Below are positions 15,828 through 26,314 of a stretch of 64,000 bases of DNA, in pieces. The first letter of the stretch is position 1. Each line of letters begins with the position of its first letter. The notes beneath the pieces are model-generated. The model made no database searches. It saw nothing but the letters and a program-made list of their open reading frames with translations, and was not told where the DNA came from. Position numbers and translations under genes: made by a program. The stretch is from the IMG/VR virus record IMGVR_UViG_3300021400_000063; one strand, written 5' to 3'. The DNA comes from a virus. Taxonomy: Duplodnaviria; Caudoviricetes.

Positions 15828-18631
15828 TTGTGAATGATCAACAAATAGAAGAGGAAATTGTAAAAACGCCAGATGAGGAGGTAGAAGAAATGGCAAAATC
15901 GTTTGATGACGATGATGATTTCGACAAAATTAAACCTGGAACAATCGATGTTGATGATTTGTTCGGGTCTTCAGATGAACCATTTGAAGAAAATGAAGTA
16001 GAAGTTGGTACAGTAAATGATGCTGAATCTACTGAAGATTATTCAGATTATACATTTGATTCTGATGATAAACCTGTAAAGGTTGAAAACGAGGAAGATA
16101 ATTCTGATGAACTATTTGACTTCAGTGAATCTGATGAAACACCAATAGTTGATGAAGAAGAACAAATAGATTCATTTGAAAAACCTGAAATCAATGATAG
16201 TTCTGAACTTACAGACGAAAAGATAGAAGATAAACCTTCTGAATCTGAAGAAAAAGAATCTTATGAAGGTGATACTGTTATAACCGAACAACTTGTTGAT
16301 GATGAAGAAGTTGTTAAAGAAGAAACTGAATCTAATGCTTTAGATGAAACTGTAAAAGATGAGACTGTAACATCTGATGAATCTGAAGAAAAAATTTTGG
16401 AAGATTTAGTTGATGATGGAATGAAAGCTGTTGAAAGTGCATCTATTCCTAAGGAGATTTCTGAACCAGTTGAAGAAAAAACTGAAGAAGTTGAAATTAA
16501 AGATGTCGGATTTGAAGAAGATACTGAAACTGAAATCGATGCTCCTAATACAGAACCTGTTAAGATTGAAGAGGAATCAATTAATATGACTCCTACCAAT
16601 GAAGAAATTCATGAAGAATCAATAGAAAAAGTTAAAGAAGAATCAAAAGAAGAAAAATTTGAAACTGAAAAACTTGAAAAAGCTGTTGAATCGATTGATA
16701 AACAGGAAACTGAACAGGAAAAACCTAATCTGTCACCTGAAGAAAAAGAATATTTTGAAACTGAATCAGATGGTAGTCTTGCAGATTTCATGAAGAAAGC
16801 ATTTAAGAAACGCGTTGCTGAAATTCAGAGTGCGTTTACAGAAAATGCCCTTATCAATTATCTTGAAGGTTATTCATCTAAAGAAGACAGAAAGCTTATT
16901 CAGGAACAGTATTGTTTCGAATATGGTAAATACTACAAGTATGTAGATTTTAAAAATCCTGCTGCTAAAGCTGCACTTTGGATTCTTGTAGCTGGTGAAT
17001 TTGCTGAACTCATTGAACAGAAAAAGTTCAATGGTGAAATCCAGCCAGTTGTTGAAACTTCAAATGTTGGGGATGATCCTAACAATATCGAAGATGAAAA
17101 CATTACAGCTATTAAAGAAAAGCGTCGTAAAGAAGCTGCAGAACAGTCTAAGTATGGAATTGATAGATGTGTTTGGGACATAGATGATAATATCGCTGAA
17201 GAAAATACTTCTATCTTTGATGAACAGAAAGATTTGTTCTCAGAATTCAAGAAAACTGAATTTTATGGAATTCTTACACAGGTAATGGAATCTACAAGAA
17301 TTGCTGATATGTCACAGGTAAGATGTAAAGTTTCTATTAAGGAATCTTGCGGATATTATCCGATCATCGACTTTAGCACAGGCGTTCGTGTAATTTGTAT
17401 TGATACAGAAGATTCTTCTCAGTACAACAATCATCCATTGTTGTTCAATAGAAAACTTCCATTCCAGTTCAAAGTTCCTAAGCATGGTATTAAGACACGT
17501 ATCATTTATAGTGATATTTGTCGTGAATGTGCTATTGCTACAGTTTTCGCTTTGAAGAAATTGATTGCATTTGATTACATTAAACCAAGATATAAGATTA
17601 ACATTGCTAATAACTATGTTATCAGTTACACAACTGAACAGATGTATCTTGATATGTTTGAAAAAGGTGATCCTGATTCTAAACGTCCTGGAAGTTCTAC
17701 TTATTATTCTCCAAAACCAGCAACAAACTTTGTTGGTGTTGTAGTTCTTGATAAGAAAACTGAAAAGGATATTAAATCTGTTCACAGAAATCAGATTTAT
17801 AAAGATCTTAACAGAATGCCTGATATTTCAGTAGATAATTATGATCCACAGTTCATCTTGTCTGCAAGATATATCAGAAATGATTTAAGATTACGCAATC
17901 CAACAATTCCTGCAAATCAGAGATTCGTTGAATATATTATCACACAGTATACAGAATGTAATTCTGTAATTGTTAATGATGGTATTCAGGTTATCTGTGC
18001 TTGTATTATTAAAGAGCATAGATTGAATTATGGTCCAGGAACACCATACTCTATCTCATTCGAATTTGATAGAGATAATCTGTTGACACCAGCAGTAGTA
18101 AGAATGCTTGATAATCATGATGGTTTCGAACTTTCTATGATTAAGAAATGTCAGCCACTTGAATGTATGCAGACATTCATACTTCCACCATCAAGAAGAA
18201 AATTGGATGGAGTTCTTCCATCAGAAAAAGGTCGTCTTGATGTAAGATATTTCTCACCTCAGGGAATTCAGAGTCGTTATCGTGAACAGAGAGATCTCTG
18301 GTCTAGATACGATTTGACAACTCAGCAGGGAAGAAATGAATTTATTAAGTCTCGTGGATTTGAAGTATTCATTTCTCCTAAGTATATGACATTTGATATC
18401 ATGCCTGATTGTTTGATGAATATCGAAAATGGAAACGTTATTAGAAATATTCAGAAAATTTCTATTACTGCTCTTTCTGACAGAAACTCTGATGATACAA
18501 TTAATCTCCTTAATAAGCAGAAAGAAATGGAATACTATAAGTCTCTTGATCAGTCAGAACTTGGTACATTCCAGAAATTCCTTATTAATGCGACTAACAT
18601 CATGTTGGATTTCTTAGGACAAAATAATTAA
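15824..18631 (+). CDS. Large protein with ~300-aa acidic disordered N-terminus and globular C-terminal region
   Basis: Extreme D/E bias at the N-terminus; alternative start at 15890 has a GAGGAGGT SD. Confidence 0.8.
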   Translation: MIVNDQQIEEEIVKTPDEEVEEMAKSFDDDDDFDKIKPGTIDVDDLFGSSDEPFEENEVEVGTVNDAESTEDYSDYTFDSDDKPVKVENEEDNSDELFDFSESDETPIVDEEEQIDSFEKPEINDSSELTDEKIEDKPSESEEKESYEGDTVITEQLVDDEEVVKEETESNALDETVKDETVTSDESEEKILEDLVDDGMKAVESASIPKEISEPVEEKTEEVEIKDVGFEEDTETEIDAPNTEPVKIEEESINMTPTNEEIHEESIEKVKEESKEEKFETEKLEKAVESIDKQETEQEKPNLSPEEKEYFETESDGSLADFMKKAFKKRVAEIQSAFTENALINYLEGYSSKEDRKLIQEQYCFEYGKYYKYVDFKNPAAKAALWILVAGEFAELIEQKKFNGEIQPVVETSNVGDDPNNIEDENITAIKEKRRKEAAEQSKYGIDRCVWDIDDNIAEENTSIFDEQKDLFSEFKKTEFYGILTQVMESTRIADMSQVRCKVSIKESCGYYPIIDFSTGVRVICIDTEDSSQYNNHPLLFNRKLPFQFKVPKHGIKTRIIYSDICRECAIATVFALKKLIAFDYIKPRYKINIANNYVISYTTEQMYLDMFEKGDPDSKRPGSSTYYSPKPATNFVGVVVLDKKTEKDIKSVHRNQIYKDLNRMPDISVDNYDPQFILSARYIRNDLRLRNPTIPANQRFVEYIITQYTECNSVIVNDGIQVICACIIKEHRLNYGPGTPYSISFEFDRDNLLTPAVVRMLDNHDGFELSMIKKCQPLECMQTFILPPSRRKLDGVLPSEKGRLDVRYFSPQGIQSRYREQRDLWSRYDLTTQQGRNEFIKSRGFEVFISPKYMTFDIMPDCLMNIENGNVIRNIQKISITALSDRNSDDTINLLNKQKEMEYYKSLDQSELGTFQKFLINATNIMLDFLGQNN

Positions 18632-18666
18632 CGTTTATATAATTTAATTGTAAGGAGGCCTCGAAA

Positions 18667-19803
18667 ATGGCTATTAACGATGGTAATTCGATAGACCCAA
18701 GTAGAAGAATTCGTGCTGTACTTGGTGAAGAATTTACAGCTAATGTCGAGGCTGACGCTTTGAATAGAATCGTCAGCCAGGCAAATGTTGAAGGAAGTGT
18801 TAAATCTAACAACCCTACAGGTCCAGTTAGAAATGACAATTTTGACGCTTCAGAATATATGAATAGAATTGTACATTCTAATTCTACAAAAGTTGGGGTT
18901 AATGGTGTTAAACCACATCCAGTTACAAATGCATCTCGTAATGAAGCACTTAATAAAACATTCGCACAGTTTAAGTCAACCATTATGATGGAAGACAGAT
19001 CAAAAGTAGCAAAGGTTGTTATGAAACTTACAGGTTTTGATAAAGCAAAATCTCGTGCTGAAAATATTACAAATGCAGGATGTGCACTTGCTAACATCTC
19101 AACAGGTGCCGCACTCCAGTATCTTTCTGATTCTTATCTTCATAAATCGAAAAATTTCAATACTAAGAATATTCTTGGTGTTGGCGTTGTTGGATCAATG
19201 GTTGATTTCGCATCAGCTTATTGGTTCTCAGGAAACAAAGATACTGTAGAAGGTTTGTTTGATCCAAACAATATTTCATCAGCAGAAGCTGATCTTATTA
19301 ATAAAGCAATTAATAAAGAAAAGTTTAAGTATGCTGCTGAACATGTTGGTATCGGATTTGTTACTCCATTTGTAGCATCTAATGCTCTTAATAAATTCCT
19401 TCCAGAAAAAGCTAAGAATAATGATGTTGTAAAAGCATTAACATCATTTGGTACATTGTCTGCTGTAAGTAAAACTGTTCTTCAGAGTGTAAGAAACTTT
19501 AAGGATATTAAAGATCTTAAGTCTATTGATGGATGTTCATATTCTATCACTGAAGGTCAGCCTTGTGAAGCTTATGAAATTATTGCTAAGTATGCTACAA
19601 GAAAATCTATTAATGGACAGCTCGATGCTTCTGTTTATGGAAATATCGGTGGCGTAGCAGTAACTTCAATTTCAAACATGATTAAAAGTAAGAAAGTTGC
19701 TGGAAATACTGAGGTTGTAAAACCAGCAGCTTTACCAAAGCTCGAAGTAAAAGAGCTTCCAACAAAAAAAGAAACTATTAAAAATGAAAAGGCTACAGCC
19801 TAA
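18667..19803 (+). CDS. Ala/Gly-rich hypothetical protein
   Basis: AAGGAGG SD; several small-residue hydrophobic helices. Confidence 0.8.
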   Translation: MAINDGNSIDPSRRIRAVLGEEFTANVEADALNRIVSQANVEGSVKSNNPTGPVRNDNFDASEYMNRIVHSNSTKVGVNGVKPHPVTNASRNEALNKTFAQFKSTIMMEDRSKVAKVVMKLTGFDKAKSRAENITNAGCALANISTGAALQYLSDSYLHKSKNFNTKNILGVGVVGSMVDFASAYWFSGNKDTVEGLFDPNNISSAEADLINKAINKEKFKYAAEHVGIGFVTPFVASNALNKFLPEKAKNNDVVKALTSFGTLSAVSKTVLQSVRNFKDIKDLKSIDGCSYSITEGQPCEAYEIIAKYATRKSINGQLDASVYGNIGGVAVTSISNMIKSKKVAGNTEVVKPAALPKLEVKELPTKKETIKNEKATA

Positions 19804-19823
19804 CAGAAGGGAGGAATTAGAAG

Positions 19824-20750
19824 ATGGAAACAATCAACGCATTCGACAACAAAGGTGATTCGGAAGAAATTAAATATGGTGACTTCAATGCTGAAACAGT
19901 ATATGAAGGTGCTGAAGCACAGCAGGAATCTGTAAATACTGGAGATTCTGATGCTAAAATTATCATGAATCGTAAAAAGAAAGCAGCATTAACATCTGCA
20001 ATTGTAACAACAGGTGTAAATGCTATTCCAGTAATTGCTGATGTATTTAAGCATCGAAAAGATCCTACACCATATCATGTTAACAAAAATGATTTACTTT
20101 GTTTGGGTATTGCTTCCGCATTACCAGTTTTCCAGGCAGTTGATACTATTGCTTTTGGTGGAAAATGCCAGGCTAAAATTGATGAAAAATTGAACGGTGT
20201 TGTGACATTTAATGATATTAGAAACATTGTCAATTTGGTAAATCTTTATACACCAGCACATGCTCTTATTAAGAAAACTATGGATCAGGCTACAGCCAAA
20301 GCTAATGGAATGCAGGTTATGCCTATTGATAGTTTTACAAAGACACGTGCAGCTATCGGTCTTACAACACTTGTTGCACCATTTGTTGCTGATAAATTGT
20401 CAGACGATTCTAAATCAATCGCTGCTAGAATCGGAAGTATTCTTCCTATTCCATTTATCGGTTCTATTGTTAGATCAGTTGTATCTAAATCGAATAATAC
20501 AAAGGTTCAGGGAGTATATCAGATTGCAAACGCTGCAATTAATGTAGCAAATAATGCAAATAGAACACTTACTCCAGCAGTTCGTGCTACATCTTATGGT
20601 AACACTGCTAACAAGATGTCTTCTGAACTTGATACTGCTCTTAGCCTTGCATCTCAGTTGCTTGGTTCTCCACGCGGTAATATTGGCGGTGGAATGTATA
20701 ATGGTGGTAACTACAATTATAACAATGGTTGGCAGAACATGAGCTTCTAA
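19824..20750 (+). CDS. Ala-rich hypothetical protein with Gly/Asn/Tyr-rich tail
   Basis: GGAGG SD; C-terminus GGGMYNGGNYNYNNGW; terminator-like hairpin 20772-20802. Confidence 0.8.
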   Translation: METINAFDNKGDSEEIKYGDFNAETVYEGAEAQQESVNTGDSDAKIIMNRKKKAALTSAIVTTGVNAIPVIADVFKHRKDPTPYHVNKNDLLCLGIASALPVFQAVDTIAFGGKCQAKIDEKLNGVVTFNDIRNIVNLVNLYTPAHALIKKTMDQATAKANGMQVMPIDSFTKTRAAIGLTTLVAPFVADKLSDDSKSIAARIGSILPIPFIGSIVRSVVSKSNNTKVQGVYQIANAAINVANNANRTLTPAVRATSYGNTANKMSSELDTALSLASQLLGSPRGNIGGGMYNGGNYNYNNGWQNMSF

Positions 20751-20826
20751 TTCAATACCAGATTAAATTTGAGGACTAGATTGAAATATATCTAGTCCTT
20801 TTATTTTTATTAATAGGAGAAATGAA

Positions 20827-22326
20827 ATGGGAACAAAATATCTAAGATATCAAAACCAAGAAGCTATTCATTTTGACCAGGTATTGAAAGGGGAAGCTGT
20901 GACTCTATCCAATAAAGATGGTATTAAATTTGTAAAGAAAAAGATTGTTCCTCAGGAAGGTGGACTTTATTCAAATAAAATGGGAAAACTTGTCGATGAT
21001 AATGTTGACCTTAGTGAATATTCTTGTGCACCTAACTGCGGCCATTATGTTGGAAGAATTTGGGAAGGAAAAGAATGTCCGATCTGTCATCAGATAGTAA
21101 AAAATAACTATGATGTTCTGTTTGATAAAAACGGATGGATTAATATCGGAACACATAAAGTAATTCAGCCATCAGCTTATGCCAAGATTAAAGATCTCAT
21201 AGGTCCTTCAACATTAGATGATATAATTTCATTTAACGATAACATTGACCTTCAGGGAAATCTGTTGATTGGTACATCTGAATTCGATAAAAAACATCCT
21301 TTCTCAAAAATTGGAATGACAGAATTCTATAAAAGATATGAAGAAATCATCGCTTATTATGGTAAAATTAAAAGAAAACCTAGAGAAGCTGAGTTTTTAA
21401 TTCATTTCAAAAACAGAATCTGGACATCTAAGATAAATGTATTGTCTCAGGAATTGAGACCGGCATTTATCAACTCTGCTGAAAAAACAATGAGGTATGA
21501 TAAAATAAATTCGACTTATTCGGTTATTATTAACAATGCCTCATTAATTGCTAAATCTGAGATTACAAATCAGTATATGAATATTAATAAGTATCTTTAT
21601 ACTATTCAGCAGTCTCTTTATAGTCTTTATGATATGATTATTCAGAAACTTGATGGAAAGAAAAAGTTACTTAGACGCAATATTCAAGGTACTAAGATGT
21701 CGTGGTCATCACGTTTGGTTATCGCTGCAAATACTGGTGAAACTTATGGTATTGATCAGATTGTTATTTCATATAAAGCATTCTTGGAATTGTATAAATA
21801 TGAAATCATCAACTGTTTGAAACGTGGAGTTACAACCAATGCATTTGTAGATAGAACTATTTATGAAATTACAGAATGGATGGATATTGAGAGATATTCT
21901 CATGAATTAAATCCGGTTCTGTATGAAACCATGAAATGGTTGATAGCCAATAATAAAGATGGATTATGGTGTCTTGTAAATAGACCGCCTACAATGGATC
22001 TTGGTTCTTTACAGATGCTTAGAGTTGTTGATGTTATTCCTAATGCAAGGGAAAATCATATGAAAGTTCCATTAACATCGCTTATTGCATGGAATGGTGA
22101 CTTCGATGGTGATACATTATCACTTTACAGTATTAAAGAACTTGGTGTGTGTGAAGCATTTAGAAATGCATTCTCACCTAGACATCTTATAGTAGATAAA
22201 GTTTCTGGATATAAAGTTTACAATGATGCTTTCGGTTTACCTAAAGATCTTTGTATGTTCTTGTTTGGATTCGTTCCACAGGAAAGTCACAACTTTAGAA
22301 ATCCTGAACTTAAAAAAGAAGCGTAA
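20827..22326 (+). CDS. Phage RNA polymerase beta' subunit, N-terminal/catalytic part (phiKZ gp55-like nvRNAP)
   Basis: Zn finger CAPNC...CPIC, SRLVI, NRPPTM, catalytic WNGDFDGD. Confidence 0.9.
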   Translation: MGTKYLRYQNQEAIHFDQVLKGEAVTLSNKDGIKFVKKKIVPQEGGLYSNKMGKLVDDNVDLSEYSCAPNCGHYVGRIWEGKECPICHQIVKNNYDVLFDKNGWINIGTHKVIQPSAYAKIKDLIGPSTLDDIISFNDNIDLQGNLLIGTSEFDKKHPFSKIGMTEFYKRYEEIIAYYGKIKRKPREAEFLIHFKNRIWTSKINVLSQELRPAFINSAEKTMRYDKINSTYSVIINNASLIAKSEITNQYMNINKYLYTIQQSLYSLYDMIIQKLDGKKKLLRRNIQGTKMSWSSRLVIAANTGETYGIDQIVISYKAFLELYKYEIINCLKRGVTTNAFVDRTIYEITEWMDIERYSHELNPVLYETMKWLIANNKDGLWCLVNRPPTMDLGSLQMLRVVDVIPNARENHMKVPLTSLIAWNGDFDGDTLSLYSIKELGVCEAFRNAFSPRHLIVDKVSGYKVYNDAFGLPKDLCMFLFGFVPQESHNFRNPELKKEA

Positions 22327-22344
22327 AAATGGAGGAACTCGAAA

Positions 22345-23022
22345 ATGAGTGAAATGACAATGGAAGATAAAATCTTCGTTAAACAGTGTTTGGATGAATA
22401 TAATTATCATACGTACAACAGCATTATTCCTTTTACAGTTATCAGACGTATTCCTGGTGCTGCTATGAAAGGCGATGAACTCAAAGAATTGTCTGTAATA
22501 ACAAGATCTAGTTTGATGAATTCATCATCTGACATTTATAAGCTTTTCAATGCTTATAAGAACAAATTCAAGCCAAATGCTTCAATTAAAGAAATTGCTG
22601 AAGAAATCGCTAAGGAACATCTTAAAACAATGAATCCTGAATATTCACGTAATGTTCCTGATCCATTCTCAAAAGCAATTTCTAGTGTAAACAGTGCACT
22701 TAGAACAATCAACAATCAGATTGAATTTATTCGTGCAAGCTATAAGGTTGCAGATTCAAACGATGAACGTTTCAATAAAGCAACTGTTAAATCAATTCTT
22801 AAAGAAGATACAGTTTCTTCTTACGATTCAAGTTGGTCGGAAATTGAAAGAATTGAAGCTGAACTCAATACTAAAAAGGTTGATCCTTATTCTCCAGAAT
22901 ATGGAAAACTTATTATTAAGCGATTAAATTCATTCAAAGCTGATATTATTTCAGCATTTAACAAATACTTTGGTAAAAACTCAGTATTTGCTGAATTTAA
23001 TCTTAGCGATATGCTTCGCTAG
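22345..23022 (+). CDS. Hypothetical protein
   Basis: GGAGG SD; terminator 23041-23075. Confidence 0.8.
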   Translation: MSEMTMEDKIFVKQCLDEYNYHTYNSIIPFTVIRRIPGAAMKGDELKELSVITRSSLMNSSSDIYKLFNAYKNKFKPNASIKEIAEEIAKEHLKTMNPEYSRNVPDPFSKAISSVNSALRTINNQIEFIRASYKVADSNDERFNKATVKSILKEDTVSSYDSSWSEIERIEAELNTKKVDPYSPEYGKLIIKRLNSFKADIISAFNKYFGKNSVFAEFNLSDMLR

Positions 23023-23090
23023 AATTAAATTCTGAAATATAAAGAATGGTATCAAAATGATACCATTCTTTTTTAGGAGGATTATAAAAT

Positions 23091-24452
23091 ATGGCTTATA
23101 TTAATCCATTACTAGATGGTTTTGTAAATTATTCAAGAATTAAAGATGAAACTTTGTTAAATGAAACAATTTTACCTAAAACAGATAAAGAAGGTTATTT
23201 TAAATGGGAACAGGATAAAAAATGTTTTAAGAATAAGGATATAGAATTTTTTAAAAAAATATGTCTCGGTATTATTCATTATAATGATAACGTGAATGAA
23301 TTTGAATTTCCCGAACCAACCGATCCTGATGGACTTTTTGCAAGATTTGAACAGTTTATAGTACGTCGTGAAGTATCTAAATTTTTATTTAATAGTAACT
23401 TTTTAGAAAAATTTTATAAAACGTATGCTAAGATCTATTATTCAAAAATGGCCTCTACAGTTCGGAATTATACTGTAGAAGCTATTTCATTAAAATCTGC
23501 AATTTTTCCATTCGAAGCTGCTTTTACAGATTTTATAAATCAGTATAGCGAGTTCGATGATGCTATAAATGATATAACAACAAATGTTTTATATATTTGT
23601 ACAAAAAAATTTATACGTTTTCATCATTATTGTTATAATGTAAATAAACATAAAAGATGTAATATTTCGTTTTATGATTTATTTTTTAGACCAAATTATG
23701 CTTCTAAAAAACTTTGTAAAGCAATCTCCATTAATAATAAATTTAAATTTGATAAAGTACCATCATCTATTATAGTTGATGATATTAACTACAATGCTTT
23801 AAAATATTATATTAAACATGATGCTTTTGATGAAATTAATTTGAAAGATTGTAATATTAAAGCATCATCTTTAGTATATACTGTTATCAAACGTTCGATT
23901 AGATATGCATTTGTTATACAAATGAAACGATTATTCGGGTTGTATTTGGTTAATAATAAAGAAAAATATCCAGAAATCAAATCAATTATTTCTGATACAA
24001 ATCTTTATCATACACAAGATCTTATCAATGTTAAACAAAACATTAAGTATCTTAAAAACGTTATCACATTCTGCGATTCTATATTGAGTATTAAACGTAA
24101 AAGAAAAGCTATTATGAATAAAACTGATAATGTTAAAGATTTTGCACAATATGTTAAATCTATTGTTGAACATATGCGTTCATACAATAATGTAGCTATG
24201 AATATTATGGGAGATCTTAAAAATTTATACATGATGTGTTTTGATAAAAATCAATCGCAGTCAGTTGTATATAATACTGAAATGTATAAGACACTTAAAA
24301 CAATAAGTGAATATTTTTGTATTAGAAATGAAACAAAATTAACTAAAATGCAAAGGTATAATTTTAGTGATAAATGGTATATAACTGTAGAAGAAGATAT
24401 AATAATCGACCCTATCAATTATGTTGAATTTAGAATAATTAAGGAGTTTTAA
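23091..24452 (+). CDS. Hypothetical protein
   Basis: 453-aa ORF with SD. Confidence 0.75.
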   Translation: MAYINPLLDGFVNYSRIKDETLLNETILPKTDKEGYFKWEQDKKCFKNKDIEFFKKICLGIIHYNDNVNEFEFPEPTDPDGLFARFEQFIVRREVSKFLFNSNFLEKFYKTYAKIYYSKMASTVRNYTVEAISLKSAIFPFEAAFTDFINQYSEFDDAINDITTNVLYICTKKFIRFHHYCYNVNKHKRCNISFYDLFFRPNYASKKLCKAISINNKFKFDKVPSSIIVDDINYNALKYYIKHDAFDEINLKDCNIKASSLVYTVIKRSIRYAFVIQMKRLFGLYLVNNKEKYPEIKSIISDTNLYHTQDLINVKQNIKYLKNVITFCDSILSIKRKRKAIMNKTDNVKDFAQYVKSIVEHMRSYNNVAMNIMGDLKNLYMMCFDKNQSQSVVYNTEMYKTLKTISEYFCIRNETKLTKMQRYNFSDKWYITVEEDIIIDPINYVEFRIIKEF

Positions 24453-24453
24453 A

Positions 24454-26211
24454 ATGGTAAAAGAAACTAGACAAATAATTTATAATTTTGTAAGTATCAT
24501 TAATGATAAACTATATGCTAAATCATTATATGAACGAGCAAACAAACATTTTTCGAATAAAACATCTGATGAAGAATATTTCGCTGGTACATTAAATAAT
24601 TGTGAATATTTTAAACTCAGTAAAAAATATAAGAAAAATAATATTGCTGTACTACCTGTGCATTATGATCAGGATATTGATGAATTCAATAACTCTAAAG
24701 ATTGGATAATTGATAAATTCTTAGTACCAATTGTTTCAAAATTAATGAGTATCGTATTTGATGATTATTTCAGCATCAATTTATACAATGCATTTAAATG
24801 TAAATATTTCATTCCTATTCTTGAAGCAGAATATTCTAGAATGACTAAAGAAGATTTGGATTATAATAATGAAAAACCGTTTATTATTTGTATCGAATCT
24901 GCAATTTCTAATTTCCTTTCTGATGAAGAATATGTAAAATCTATTTCTGATAAAGTTTTAACTAAACTGAAGAAATCTCTTAAGAACTTTAAATTTGTTC
25001 CAGTTACAACATCGAATACCGGAGCAAATTTAATCGGCGATTCTTTAAAATTGCTAGATTATTTTAGTATATATAACACTTCTTTAGGCGAATATAACAA
25101 AATAAATCGTAATGATCAGATTTTGGTTGATGTGTCTAATACTAGAGCAGCTGATCCTACAAAAGAATACTATATTAATCTCGAAATAACAAATTTTACA
25201 CTACCACATATTTTAGATTACATTTCAAGAATGTGTTACATCGAAATAATTAGAAAGTATTCTAAGTTAGATGTATCTGCAAGTGTTACAGATGATGTAA
25301 TTGAAAACATTAGAAATGAACTTTTCATTTATAATTCTAGAACCGCTAAAGTTATTAAAGATTATTTGATTAAGTTCAAATCAAATTATGGTTATTTCTT
25401 TTCTTTACAAACTGAACAATCATCTTATAAATTGATTACAGATATGCTTACTGATATCGAATCTGGTGAAAAACATTTATATAATGATGGTAATCCGATT
25501 AAAAAATATTTAATCAAAGATCCAGTATCTACAAGTATAACTGCTACAACCAAACTTTATTCAATGATTTCTACTATAGAATCTATGAATAGAGATTATA
25601 CAAGATCTAATAGTTTTATTGTAGATGCTAATGCTTTACATAGTGTTTTCGAAATGATATCTAAGAATATGAAAGATATTGTAGAACTCCGTAATGAATT
25701 CTTTAATTTGATTTATATGAATCCTGATATTTTCTTAAATAAATGGTATCCTGATAATAAACAATTTGAATCATATAAAATGACTAAAAACTTTTTCTAC
25801 CATTGTGTAAATTTAGCCTCAACGTATGGAAAAGTTGATACTGCGTTTAAAGAAAATATTATACATCATTTGGTTGAAGAATTTAAATGTCTTTATTTTA
25901 ATAAACAACAATTTTGTGATACAATAATTTATGATAAGGAAACTGGTTTCGACTCTTCAAAATATGATAAAACTATCGAACATGTATTTTCTATTATAGA
26001 AAAGTTATCTTCAGATATCAAAAATATTAGTTCGTTGTATCTCGAAAATATTTTACAGGATATTCAACATTGGTCAGCTACTATGGAAAATAATGTTAGA
26101 TATTATCAATTCTTCGACCCTGCAAATGAATTTGATCATTATAATTCTCGTATAATTGCAAGTAAAGAAGATTTTGATTTCTACACATATAATTTCTATA
26201 AAAGAGCTTAA
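24454..26211 (+). CDS. Hypothetical protein
   Basis: 585-aa ORF, AAGGAG SD; hairpin 26234-26260 follows. Confidence 0.75.
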   Translation: MVKETRQIIYNFVSIINDKLYAKSLYERANKHFSNKTSDEEYFAGTLNNCEYFKLSKKYKKNNIAVLPVHYDQDIDEFNNSKDWIIDKFLVPIVSKLMSIVFDDYFSINLYNAFKCKYFIPILEAEYSRMTKEDLDYNNEKPFIICIESAISNFLSDEEYVKSISDKVLTKLKKSLKNFKFVPVTTSNTGANLIGDSLKLLDYFSIYNTSLGEYNKINRNDQILVDVSNTRAADPTKEYYINLEITNFTLPHILDYISRMCYIEIIRKYSKLDVSASVTDDVIENIRNELFIYNSRTAKVIKDYLIKFKSNYGYFFSLQTEQSSYKLITDMLTDIESGEKHLYNDGNPIKKYLIKDPVSTSITATTKLYSMISTIESMNRDYTRSNSFIVDANALHSVFEMISKNMKDIVELRNEFFNLIYMNPDIFLNKWYPDNKQFESYKMTKNFFYHCVNLASTYGKVDTAFKENIIHHLVEEFKCLYFNKQQFCDTIIYDKETGFDSSKYDKTIEHVFSIIEKLSSDIKNISSLYLENILQDIQHWSATMENNVRYYQFFDPANEFDHYNSRIIASKEDFDFYTYNFYKRA

Positions 26212-26273
26212 ATTTATTTGATAAAAATGATAAATAGACAGGGTTTTATACCCTGTCTATATTCTTATTCGAA

Positions 26274-26287
26274 GACATTAATATATA
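26274..26287 (+). promoter_or_regulatory. Late-type promoter GACA-N6-TATA
   Basis: GACA ttaata TATA upstream of the structural operon. Confidence 0.6.
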
Positions 26288-26314
26288 GTTTTTATTAATA
26301 AAAAGGGGTTATTT

